40,429 bases of DNA from a virus (Duplodnaviria > Caudoviricetes). Location: positions 1 to 40,429 of IMG/VR virus record IMGVR_UViG_3300037515_000543; one strand, given 5' to 3'. A program made the position numbers and the translations under genes. Positions 28,133 through 35,455 of this stretch are shown here, piece by piece. The notes below the pieces were generated by a model. The model was given only the letters and a program-made list of their open reading frames with translations. It was not told the DNA's origin and made no database searches. How positions within the stretch are numbered: the first letter of the stretch is position 1; every line of letters starts with the position of its first letter.

Positions 28133-28259
28133 TAGCAAAAGGTACTAATTACCTTAAATTTTTCTACCAATTTCAAAACTGGTCAAATATTCGATTCACA
28201 ACGGCCGCGAGGGATGCGCCCCACTCCACTCAGCAACCAGGCGCATACGGCCGTATCAA

Positions 28260-28291
28260 CAACCGGGCAACCGGACAACCGGACAACCGAA
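28260..28291 (+). repeat. Four tandem 8-mers CAACCGRR
   Basis: caaccggg caaccgga caaccgga caaccgaa. Confidence 0.8.
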
Positions 28292-28305
28292 GGAGAAAGC
28301 GTACC

Positions 28306-28674
28306 TTGCGCGTCCTCAAAATCTACCACCGAGGCAGCGGCTACGGCCGTGTGCTCACCGACGCCGAGCCCGAACACCATCTGGGTGATTTTATCCGGCT
28401 GGAATCGGCCGCCCTGCCCGACCTGGCCCAGCTGGCGGCCGATGTGCTGGGGGATGAGCAGCCGCTGCTGCCGCCGCAGCACCAGCGCAATCTGGCGCGG
28501 TGGATTTTGCGTCATGGTTGTGAGAGGTGGGGAGAACGGCCGTTTCACGCTTCGCGCACATACCCCAACCACCCGTCATTATCCCGCGCCCCTGGTGGCA
28601 CAAATTCCATTTGCAGCGCCTCAAACACATCCCCCTCCTCTGCTGTGGGGATGAGCTGGCGCTGCCAGGTGTAG
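28306..28674 (+). CDS. Possible inverted (plus-strand) gene or gene remnant
   Basis: AAGGAG SD, TTG start, phage-like codons and protein-like sequence up to ~28540; 3' end runs antisense into PolX. Confidence 0.4.
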   Translation: MRVLKIYHRGSGYGRVLTDAEPEHHLGDFIRLESAALPDLAQLAADVLGDEQPLLPPQHQRNLARWILRHGCERWGERPFHASRTYPNHPSLSRAPGGTNSICSASNTSPSSAVGMSWRCQV

Positions 28675-29138
28675 AGCAGGCCGCCGATAAACTTAACACT
28701 CACCTGCGGGGCACGGGTGCGCATCAGCCACATATTAAAATCGTGGCTGCCGGTGCGAATGGTAAAGACGCTGCCCCAATGGGCCGGGGATTCCGGCATG
28801 AAGAGATCGACGGAGTAACGGCCGTATTGAAACTGGATATATTTCTGGACCGTCTTTTTCTTTGGGTCGTAGCCGCCTTTGATGATATGCACCCGCTTTT
28901 CCAGCAGAAACGCCTCGACGGACGTAAGGCCGGGCACAGTGATGCCCAGCAGGTCAGTTTGGCGCATTGGCAGGCACACAATCTCAATATCGCCAATTTG
29001 CGGCCGCTGGCGGCGGATGCTGCCTGCTACGGCAATGCGGTGGCAAAATGGGTTCAGCGCTTCGAGAATGTGCCCGGCCGTTTTCTGGGCGGCGGCGAGC
29101 GGGGTTTTGGGGGTGGCGCTCATTACAGCCACCGCCAC
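28545..29138 (-). CDS. polX: Minimal family X DNA polymerase-like nucleotidyltransferase (no PHP domain)
   Basis: VAGSIRR...IGDIEIV, VDLF, IRTGSHDFN, EEGDVFEALQMEFVPP..R motifs. Confidence 0.88.
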   Translation of the reverse strand: MAVAVMSATPKTPLAAAQKTAGHILEALNPFCHRIAVAGSIRRQRPQIGDIEIVCLPMRQTDLLGITVPGLTSVEAFLLEKRVHIIKGGYDPKKKTVQKYIQFQYGRYSVDLFMPESPAHWGSVFTIRTGSHDFNMWLMRTRAPQVSVKFIGGLLYTWQRQLIPTAEEGDVFEALQMEFVPPGARDNDGWLGYVREA

Positions 29139-29443
29139 GGATTCGCAATCGTCACCGTCACGTGCTCAGCCAGGATCGGGCAGCCGTGTGTATCGAGGTC
29201 GCTTTCCACCTCTTCTGCCGCAATATCGAATTTGGCAGCGATGTGCTGCACCAGGCGGTCGCGCTGTTCGGCCGTCAGTGCTTCGATGTCTAGCATGTAG
29301 ACCTGTTCCGGCTCGCGGTCAGGCAATTTGGCCAGCTGCGCAATGGGAGAGCGCAGCGGTACGACCTCGCCTCCAAAGACATGCAGCCAGGCGGCGGCGC
29401 GCTCGTCATCGCCGTAAACGTGGGCGGTGAAGTCTTTGCTCAT
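29123..29443 (-). CDS. Hypothetical protein, paralog of 26737-27138
   Basis: AGGAGG SD inside the junction repeat; WLHVFG motif. Confidence 0.8.
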   Translation of the reverse strand: MSKDFTAHVYGDDERAAAWLHVFGGEVVPLRSPIAQLAKLPDREPEQVYMLDIEALTAEQRDRLVQHIAAKFDIAAEEVESDLDTHGCPILAEHVTVTIANPWRWL

Positions 29444-29724
29444 GATGCCTCCTGGGAAACGGCCGTTTCCAATTCTGGATTAGCCAGCAACATCGCTGAC
29501 TCGATTTTTGGTATGTCCTCATTTGCAACCTGCCGAACGGAAAACTTTAGACTCAGGGCATTGTTGTCTATGCCCCAGTAGTTTCGCAATTCAAGAGCAA
29601 CGGCCGTCTCGATACCTGCCATTATGCTGCCCATGTGTTGACCTACCATGTGTTTTAGATTGCTGTTGTGTACAACTTTCTCGACCGTAAAGGAAACAAC
29701 TGAACAATCATCGAAATTGCTCAC
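29440..29724 (-). CDS. Hypothetical cassette gene ending ETAVSQEAS
   Basis: Bounded by 23-bp repeats; AT-richer than flanks. Confidence 0.75.
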   Translation of the reverse strand: MSNFDDCSVVSFTVEKVVHNSNLKHMVGQHMGSIMAGIETAVALELRNYWGIDNNALSLKFSVRQVANEDIPKIESAMLLANPELETAVSQEAS

Positions 29725-29951
29725 GATTGCACCTCCTGGGAAACGGCCGTTTCCAGCGCCCTCTGATTATCCAAAAACGTTTTCAGGACATCCCACTCAT
29801 GCGGCTCTATGCTGAAATCAACCTGCGTTTTATCAGCAAACAGCACCGTAAAGCCAACCCCTTGCTGATAGTCGATCAATAATTCAGAATCGTTATTCCC
29901 GCTGATGGTTACTTTAATCACGACGATGCCTCCTGGGAAACGGCCGTTTCC
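29448..29951 (-). repeat. Three identical 23-bp junction repeats GGAAACGGCCGTTTCCCAGGAGG (29448-29470, 29732-29754, 29929-29951)
   Basis: Exact matches read from the sequence; each is palindrome plus SD at a gene boundary. Confidence 0.95.
29721..29921 (-). CDS. Hypothetical cassette gene ending ETAVSQEVQS
   Basis: Bounded by 23-bp repeats; GTGA overlaps. Confidence 0.75.
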   Translation of the reverse strand: MIKVTISGNNDSELLIDYQQGVGFTVLFADKTQVDFSIEPHEWDVLKTFLDNQRALETAVSQEVQS

Positions 29952-30172
29952 CGCTCCAGCTGCTCTTGTGCAATCGTCAGCAGCTCAGCGGCCGTAAACT
30001 GGTAGCTGATGCCGTTTTCATCGGTCACGCTGATGAGTGTCTGGCCGCAGCCCCAGTCGCATTCCAGCAGCGTGACGGGGCCGTGGTGCTCCATTACTAC
30101 GGCGGTGCTGTGTTCGCAGGTTTGGGTTGCTGTGGGGGCGGCGGTTTCGTAGGTTGGTTTGGGTTCGGTCAT
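29918..30172 (-). CDS. Hypothetical protein (CxH...CxxxC) ending ETAVSQEASS
   Basis: AAAGGAGCAAC SD. Confidence 0.75.
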   Translation of the reverse strand: MTEPKPTYETAAPTATQTCEHSTAVVMEHHGPVTLLECDWGCGQTLISVTDENGISYQFTAAELLTIAQEQLERETAVSQEASS

Positions 30173-30282
30173 TTTGTTGCTCCTTTGGTTTCCTTTGGTA
30201 AGACGGCCGTTTCCCGTTCGCTGCGAACGCCCCCTGCCCTGTTGTGAGGTGTGGGAAACGGCCGTTCGGCCGTGGTTGGGTG

Positions 30283-31119
30283 TTAGCCCTCTATTGATAC
30301 CCCTTCTGAAAGGGGTTTTTTGTATTCATAGTAACGCCAGTAACTCATGACTTCCTCTGGAACATCCAAAGGCAACGGATCGCCGCTAGGTTCTTTTGCA
30401 ACCTCTATCACTATGCCCATTTCGTCATCGTTGTACACACCAAGCCAATCGGCGGTGTTTTTCCGGTTGTAAATCGCGTTCTTTAGGGCTTGGTTCAAGA
30501 AGTCATGAAGAGACTTTAGCGGCGTAAACTCTCTGTAACTTTGCGGAAGGTGGCTAACTTCCCCTACCCGCTTTATCAATACATGTTGATTATCAACGAA
30601 TCGGAAATTAAAGCCTTTTGCCCAAAACGCCTGGAAATGTTCATTCTCGCCGGTAAGCCAGTGACCCCAGCGAAAAAGACTGAACATTGATGGAAACCGC
30701 TCATGGTCATCAGGTTGTCTAAAATGCCCCTTGTGCGTCATTCTAAAACGATGTACCTCCCCCAATTCGAGGATCGTTTTCTTATTGGGTCGCTCTTCGA
30801 GAAGTTCCGCGCCGCTGCTTTCATATTCAATAACTGGCCTAACAAACTGCTTTGGCTTCTCTTGCAAATGAGGGAACGTTTGGCGCATGGTCTCAACAAA
30901 ACTCAATAGCTTGTCGCTGGCGGAAAACCACTCGCCCCGCCCCGCCTCATCGCCGAATGCAATGTGTAACCCTGCCTCAAACTCAGTTCCGCCAGGCGCA
31001 ATCGCAAGAATCTCTAAAGACTCAGGGTTTCCGGTTTGCAATGAGGTCAGTCGCTTCCAAGGGTCTATCGACTTGCCTATCTTGATGTTGTTGCCACACT
31101 TGATAAAATATACGGCCAT
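30283..31119 (-). CDS. GIY-YIG/T5orf172-domain protein
   Basis: VYFI.....IKIGKS.DP.KRL.SLQTGNP..L...E..LH..F.....GEWF; AAGGAG SD; AT-rich. Confidence 0.85.
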   Translation of the reverse strand: MAVYFIKCGNNIKIGKSIDPWKRLTSLQTGNPESLEILAIAPGGTEFEAGLHIAFGDEAGRGEWFSASDKLLSFVETMRQTFPHLQEKPKQFVRPVIEYESSGAELLEERPNKKTILELGEVHRFRMTHKGHFRQPDDHERFPSMFSLFRWGHWLTGENEHFQAFWAKGFNFRFVDNQHVLIKRVGEVSHLPQSYREFTPLKSLHDFLNQALKNAIYNRKNTADWLGVYNDDEMGIVIEVAKEPSGDPLPLDVPEEVMSYWRYYEYKKPLSEGVSIEG

Positions 31120-31244
31120 TGGCGAAAGCTCCTTAAACAAAAGCGCCCCGGTGATTCGATAAGCTTCGCCAGAAGGTCGAATCACGCGGGGCGCATGATT
31201 AGTATATTCGATTAGCTCTGGCGAAGCTAGGAAGAATTATACCA
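31120..31244 (-). promoter_or_regulatory. Extended -10 promoter plus structured leader with complementary TTCGCCAG/CTGGCGAA boxes
   Basis: TGGTATAAT at 31236-31244; 17-bp bulged stem 31143-31194; boxes at 31218-31228, 31162-31172 and 31120-31130. Confidence 0.7.
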
Positions 31245-31262
31245 TGAAACGGCCGTTTTTGA

Positions 31263-31505
31263 TCACGCAGCTTCCATTTCTTCCTGAACCAATTCAAGGT
31301 TTCCATCGTTCAATTCGAACCCAGGAAGAAAGACCAAAATGCCCGCCTGCCCTGTTACCTTGGCATGTCTTACCACTATGTCGTGACCGCCGTCTCTCAC
31401 CTTAAGTGCAGTATTTACCACTAGTGCCACAGCGTCAAAGCGGCTAAGACTTTCGGTGCTTGGCGGCGTCTTCTTTTGCTTTTTCAACTTCGTTGATTGG
31501 GACAT
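31263..31505 (-). CDS. Hypothetical protein
   Basis: GAGG SD, protein-like ORF. Confidence 0.65.
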   Translation of the reverse strand: MSQSTKLKKQKKTPPSTESLSRFDAVALVVNTALKVRDGGHDIVVRHAKVTGQAGILVFLPGFELNDGNLELVQEEMEAA

Positions 31506-31866
31506 ATTCGCATCCTCTTTTATAAACGACTTTCCCCGACTTGTTTACATAAGTAACAGGCTTGCCGTTATGATCCTTTCGCTGCCAGCGCCAGCGCCAA
31601 TAGCCATCTGAGTTTTCTTCCAGCCGCCAGCCCTTCGCAGCTTTGCTAACATCGTCACCTAATTCTATATCATCGTCGGTTTCAGCCGTTAGTGGTAAAT
31701 TCTGCATTGGCGATTTGCCACTAGTCGCTACCTCTGGTTTGCCACTAGTTTTGCCACTAGTGGCAGGTGGGGTTTTACCACTAGATTTTTGAGTGATTTC
31801 ACCCACACTTTGCGCCGGTTCAGCTTGGGAAGAAACGGCCGTTTCCCCATCCTCAACAACTTCCAT
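31444..31866 (-). CDS. Hypothetical protein (TSGK repeats, Trp-rich C-terminal domain); start uncertain
   Basis: Part of ORF 31444-32142; TAATG at 31866. Confidence 0.55.
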   Translation of the reverse strand: MEVVEDGETAVSSQAEPAQSVGEITQKSSGKTPPATSGKTSGKPEVATSGKSPMQNLPLTAETDDDIELGDDVSKAAKGWRLEENSDGYWRWRWQRKDHNGKPVTYVNKSGKVVYKRGCEYVPINEVEKAKEDAAKHRKS

Positions 31867-31910
31867 TACTGGAACGGCCGTTCTATCGCCACTCTGACGC
31901 GCTGCGTCAT

Positions 31911-32861
31911 TTACTCCGGGCTGTGCCCGTCGCGCTTTGGGTAATTGTAGCCCCCGGTGCCGTTCGCTTGCGCCCGCGCCTGGCGCGGCGACGTAGGGCG
32001 GGCGCTCTGCGGTGCCTCCCGATTGCGCAAAACGTGATTGCCGTTCTGGTCCACGATGCGGCGCCGTGTTGTGGGGTACTTGTCGATCTCCACGTCGGCC
32101 TGGTCGAGCGTGGTGAACGGCCGTTTGTTGACGGTGTGCCATCCGCTCTCTTCGGCCAAGTCCTCAACCTGAACGTAGTATCCTGGGGTGGGTGGAACGG
32201 CCGTTTCCGCGCTGCCATACTTCGCCGCCTCACGCCGCTGGTACTGCGCGGCAATCCGCGCGGCCTGGTCATCCGCCAGGGTGGGGGCAATTTGGGTCAG
32301 CCGTTCTTTCAGCTTTTGTGATACCAGCGCATCTAATTCGTTCGCCGCGCCGTCCTCCGCCTTTTGGATTTCGTCCTCTCTATCGGATTCACGCACCGCC
32401 TGTTTGTTGTCGTAGCTGAAGCGCTGGTAAGCGATGGTGCTGCCAAAATTGGCAATCACGCCAATGATGACCGTTACCAGGGCCACGGTGGCAATGCTGT
32501 CCAGCGTAGCCACATCAAGCGCCAGCTCGCCCGTTGCCGATAGGGAGAGGTGGGCCACAGAAGCCGCCGCCGCGCCAATGAAGGTGATGATCAGCATCAT
32601 GAGGCTGATGGCCCGCTGCTCGGGCGTACGGGCGTCGTTTAGGTAGGTTTGTAGCCAGACCACGGCCGCCACGTCAAAGAGCAGTGTGCCAATCACGCCG
32701 CTGATGAGGGCGGCTACGTCCGGCCCCAGCACGCCGGGCGGGATCAGGCTGCTGAAGTAGTTGTAGAAGAAGGCGAAGCTGGTGCTGGCTGAAATTGCCA
32801 GGATAACGGCACCAAAGGCCATCGCCGTAAATTTTGCTGCTGTTTTCTTATGTGCGTTCAT
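31911..32861 (-). CDS. Four-TM membrane protein with C-terminal helical domain
   Basis: Four hydrophobic segments; AAGGA SD. Confidence 0.8.
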   Translation of the reverse strand: MNAHKKTAAKFTAMAFGAVILAISASTSFAFFYNYFSSLIPPGVLGPDVAALISGVIGTLLFDVAAVVWLQTYLNDARTPEQRAISLMMLIITFIGAAAASVAHLSLSATGELALDVATLDSIATVALVTVIIGVIANFGSTIAYQRFSYDNKQAVRESDREDEIQKAEDGAANELDALVSQKLKERLTQIAPTLADDQAARIAAQYQRREAAKYGSAETAVPPTPGYYVQVEDLAEESGWHTVNKRPFTTLDQADVEIDKYPTTRRRIVDQNGNHVLRNREAPQSARPTSPRQARAQANGTGGYNYPKRDGHSPE

Positions 32862-32974
32862 TTTCGTTTCCTTTTTTGGTTGGAAACGGCCGTTTCATCG
32901 GTTACAATGTTGACGGCCGTTTCCTGCATAGTTGACGGTCAAGGTGGAGGTCGGCCCGCAAAGGCTGACCTTTA

Positions 32975-33517
32975 CTAAAATCCCAACGCTTCCAGCCAGT
33001 CGGCTACCCCGGCCCGCGTCCACAAGTTTTCATCTACCAATTTGATCATCTCATCGGCCAGGTTATTGTGGCGCCCGGTCGGCCCAATCACCTGGCGCTG
33101 TCCAACGTTGAAGCCAACGCGCTGGCTCAGCCGCCATACGGCCATGCTGTAGCTAAAGTCCGGTCGTTCAATCGATTGTGGCCCAAAGGCGCCAGCGTAG
33201 ACAGCAGCCAGAGCACACGTGCGCCACTCTTCGCGCCGCTCGTAGGCATAGTAGCCAATCTGGACACACTCAACGAAGGAATTGCGGCACAGTGGATGGT
33301 ACTGGCGGCCGATGCGCAGCAGCTCGCTCAATGGCTGTTCCTGCGGCTTGCTGGTGGGTACGTAGCCGGGAATGATGATCGGCTCGGGCTGCTGCTGCGC
33401 CAACTCGCCTGCTGGCTGCCACATCGGCAGGGCAGGGCGGGTGGTTACGGCCGCTTCCTGGCCGGTGTCGATATTGAATAAGGTCAACAGGGGGCGGACA
33501 TTTTTTACAAGATTCAT
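32975..33517 (-). CDS. Hypothetical protein
   Basis: Protein-like ORF in operon order. Confidence 0.7.
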   Translation of the reverse strand: MNLVKNVRPLLTLFNIDTGQEAAVTTRPALPMWQPAGELAQQQPEPIIIPGYVPTSKPQEQPLSELLRIGRQYHPLCRNSFVECVQIGYYAYERREEWRTCALAAVYAGAFGPQSIERPDFSYSMAVWRLSQRVGFNVGQRQVIGPTGRHNNLADEMIKLVDENLWTRAGVADWLEALGF

Positions 33518-33520
33518 TTC

Positions 33521-33613
33521 TCACCATCCAGATGCCGCGACGCCAAGCGCTAGCAGCAAAATAGTTGTGATTGCAATCGTGCTCACAATCAGCTTCATGC
33601 TCTTGATTCTCAT
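33521..33613 (-). CDS. 30-aa hydrophobic peptide
   Basis: Manual translation MRIKSMKLIVSTIAITTILLLALGVAASGW fills the gap between neighbouring genes. Confidence 0.45.
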   Translation of the reverse strand: MRIKSMKLIVSTIAITTILLLALGVAASGW

Positions 33614-33616
33614 GGC

Positions 33617-34072
33617 TCACCGTCCTGGGCCGAGCAACTCGGCCGCATTGGTGGGGCAGTGGGGCGGCAGCCGACGGCCGTCTTGCTGGGCGGCTGCACA
33701 GGCAAGCAGCTGCTCATCCGTCAGCGGTCGTACGGTCGCAGTTGGTCGCGCCAGCATTTCGGCGTAGTCAATGATGGCCTCTGGCTCCTGCTGAGGAACG
33801 GCCGTTGGCGGCAGCTGCGGCACCAGGTTGGTGATCGCTGGCTCGCTGTTGTCATCGACGATGGTGAAGGTGACACCGGGTGCGGCCGTGGCTGCTGGTG
33901 GCAGGATGAGGTTGTTGAGGTTCTGGCCCTCGAGGTAGGGAACGGCCGTTGTGTCCTCTGCATTCGCGGCGATGCTGGCCAGAACACGGCCGTCGTTGAG
34001 GAAGAGGTCGGACACGATCAGCGCCAGGATAACAAGTAAAATGGTATTGAGGGGGTTGCTGTTGTTTTTCAT
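33617..34072 (-). CDS. Membrane-anchored Pro/Thr-rich protein
   Basis: AAAGGAGCAAC SD before ATG 34072; N-terminal TM helix. Confidence 0.75.
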   Translation of the reverse strand: MKNNSNPLNTILLVILALIVSDLFLNDGRVLASIAANAEDTTAVPYLEGQNLNNLILPPAATAAPGVTFTIVDDNSEPAITNLVPQLPPTAVPQQEPEAIIDYAEMLARPTATVRPLTDEQLLACAAAQQDGRRLPPHCPTNAAELLGPGR

Positions 34073-34087
34073 GTGTTGCTCCTTTTT

Positions 34088-34163
34088 TGCTACAATAAAA
34101 TAAGCCGGGTTTGGGTTGCTCCTTTCCCGGTGGGGCTGGTGGTTGCTCACCAGCCCCTTTTTT
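34088..34163 (+). ncRNA. Predicted ~60-nt two-hairpin antisense sRNA with its own promoter and terminator
   Basis: TGcTACAAT at 34088-34096; stem CCGGG/CCCGG; stem GGGGCTGGTG/CACCAGCCCC plus T6; both loops carry GTTGCT. Confidence 0.6.
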
Positions 34164-34165
34164 GA

Positions 34166-34537
34166 TTACGAATGTTTTCCCGGCAAATAAACCGGCTCCA
34201 ACTCCCCGCGCCGCACGGCCGTTTCCTGCTGCCGAATCTTGGCGCGGTTGCGGAGGTAGGTCAGCGGGTCAACCGTACGGCCGCCGCGCTTCACCTGCTG
34301 GGCCTTCGATGGCTTGCGGGTGCGCTGCTGCCGATTGGCGTAGCTGTCCTGCCACGCCTGGCCACTGCTGCGGTATTTGGCCACGCGCTCCACATCGGCC
34401 CGCCGGTAGTAGTAACCGTTATACGGTGCGCCCGGCTTGCGCTGGATGGTCTCGAAGCCGGTGACCTGGCTCAGGTTTCTACGCGATGAGATGCCGAGGA
34501 GAACGGCCGTTTCGCGGGAGGTTAGCCAGTCGGTCAT
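34166..34537 (-). CDS. Excisionase/MerR-like HTH DNA-binding protein
   Basis: WLTSRETAVLLGIS and YYRRADVE motifs; TGATG overlap. Confidence 0.7.
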   Translation of the reverse strand: MTDWLTSRETAVLLGISSRRNLSQVTGFETIQRKPGAPYNGYYYRRADVERVAKYRSSGQAWQDSYANRQQRTRKPSKAQQVKRGGRTVDPLTYLRNRAKIRQQETAVRRGELEPVYLPGKHS

Positions 34538-35406
34538 CACCGCCCCCCTCGCCGCCGTCTCCACGACGGCACGCCAAACATATCGACAATAAAGCTGTCA
34601 CCCGTACCCGGCACAGCCGGGGCCATTTGCAGCAGCCGGTCGGCTACCCGCTTGCCGATGTAGCGGCTCAATTCCGGCCACGTTTTATTGCTGGTGATAA
34701 TCACCGAAATGTTGCTCTGGCAGTGATTAATCACCTTGAAGAGCCGGGCGTGCCGCTCCTCCTCCTGCTGCTCGTGCTTGACGAACGGGATTACCTGCTC
34801 CAGGCCGATGTCGTCAATGACAATCAGCGGGGGGTAGCCAATGACCGACGCGGCGCGGGTGGACAGGATTAGGCCCGTCTCCGTGTCGCGTGATTGCCCC
34901 ATCAGGCTCAATAGGTCGTTACTCAGGTAAAAGCGGCCGGTGGGCCGGGGTACGTAGCCGGGCAGCGGCTTGCCGTATTCGAGTTTCAATCCCGGCATGA
35001 CATCGACCACCGTCTCACACATCGACCACCAGATAGCCTGGGCAATGTGGGTTTTGCCTACGCCGTTGTTACCGCACAAAATCAGGCTGGCATCGGTGTA
35101 GCCGTCTCGTTTGCGCTGTCCCCACAGGCGGGCCATGCGGACCGCCTGCTTTACCTGGGGGTGGCTGGTGTCGAGTGTGTCCAGCGTCACCCGCCCGGCC
35201 TGGATGAGGCGGGCTACGTGGGAACGAACGGCCGTTTCTGGGTTGTCCAGTTCGGCGGGCGGGGCTGCCGGGGCTGGGGTTGGTGCGTTGACGGCCGTTT
35301 GTATCAGGTTGGCGATTGGCTGCGGTTCGTTGGTTGACGGCCGTTTGGCTGCCAGTTGCTGCTGTGCCTTCATGATGTCCTGTGATATGCTCATTGCGTT
35401 TCCCAT
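34537..35406 (-). CDS. DnaC/IstB-like AAA+ helicase loader
   Basis: GNNGVGKT Walker A, LIVIDDIG Walker B, IITSN, RVADRL. Confidence 0.9.
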   Translation of the reverse strand: MGNAMSISQDIMKAQQQLAAKRPSTNEPQPIANLIQTAVNAPTPAPAAPPAELDNPETAVRSHVARLIQAGRVTLDTLDTSHPQVKQAVRMARLWGQRKRDGYTDASLILCGNNGVGKTHIAQAIWWSMCETVVDVMPGLKLEYGKPLPGYVPRPTGRFYLSNDLLSLMGQSRDTETGLILSTRAASVIGYPPLIVIDDIGLEQVIPFVKHEQQEEERHARLFKVINHCQSNISVIITSNKTWPELSRYIGKRVADRLLQMAPAVPGTGDSFIVDMFGVPSWRRRRGGR

Positions 35407-35455
35407 TGCCCGTGTCTGGCCCTGCTCAGGGTTGCCAGATGCGGGCGATTTTGTT

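Noticed and set aside
27197-28673. Diversity-generating retroelement TR/VR pair
   Set aside because: The six mismatches run in both directions and include a G/C change, so they are not adenine-specific. No reverse transcriptase is present.
29448-29951. CRISPR array or true integron attC array
   Set aside because: Spacers are 174 and 261 bp and are whole genes. There are no cas genes, no intI, and no GTTRRRY/RYYYAAC attC structure.
34166-34537. Excisionase implying an integration module
   Set aside because: It is only a generic HTH; no integrase or att-like tRNA fragment was found.
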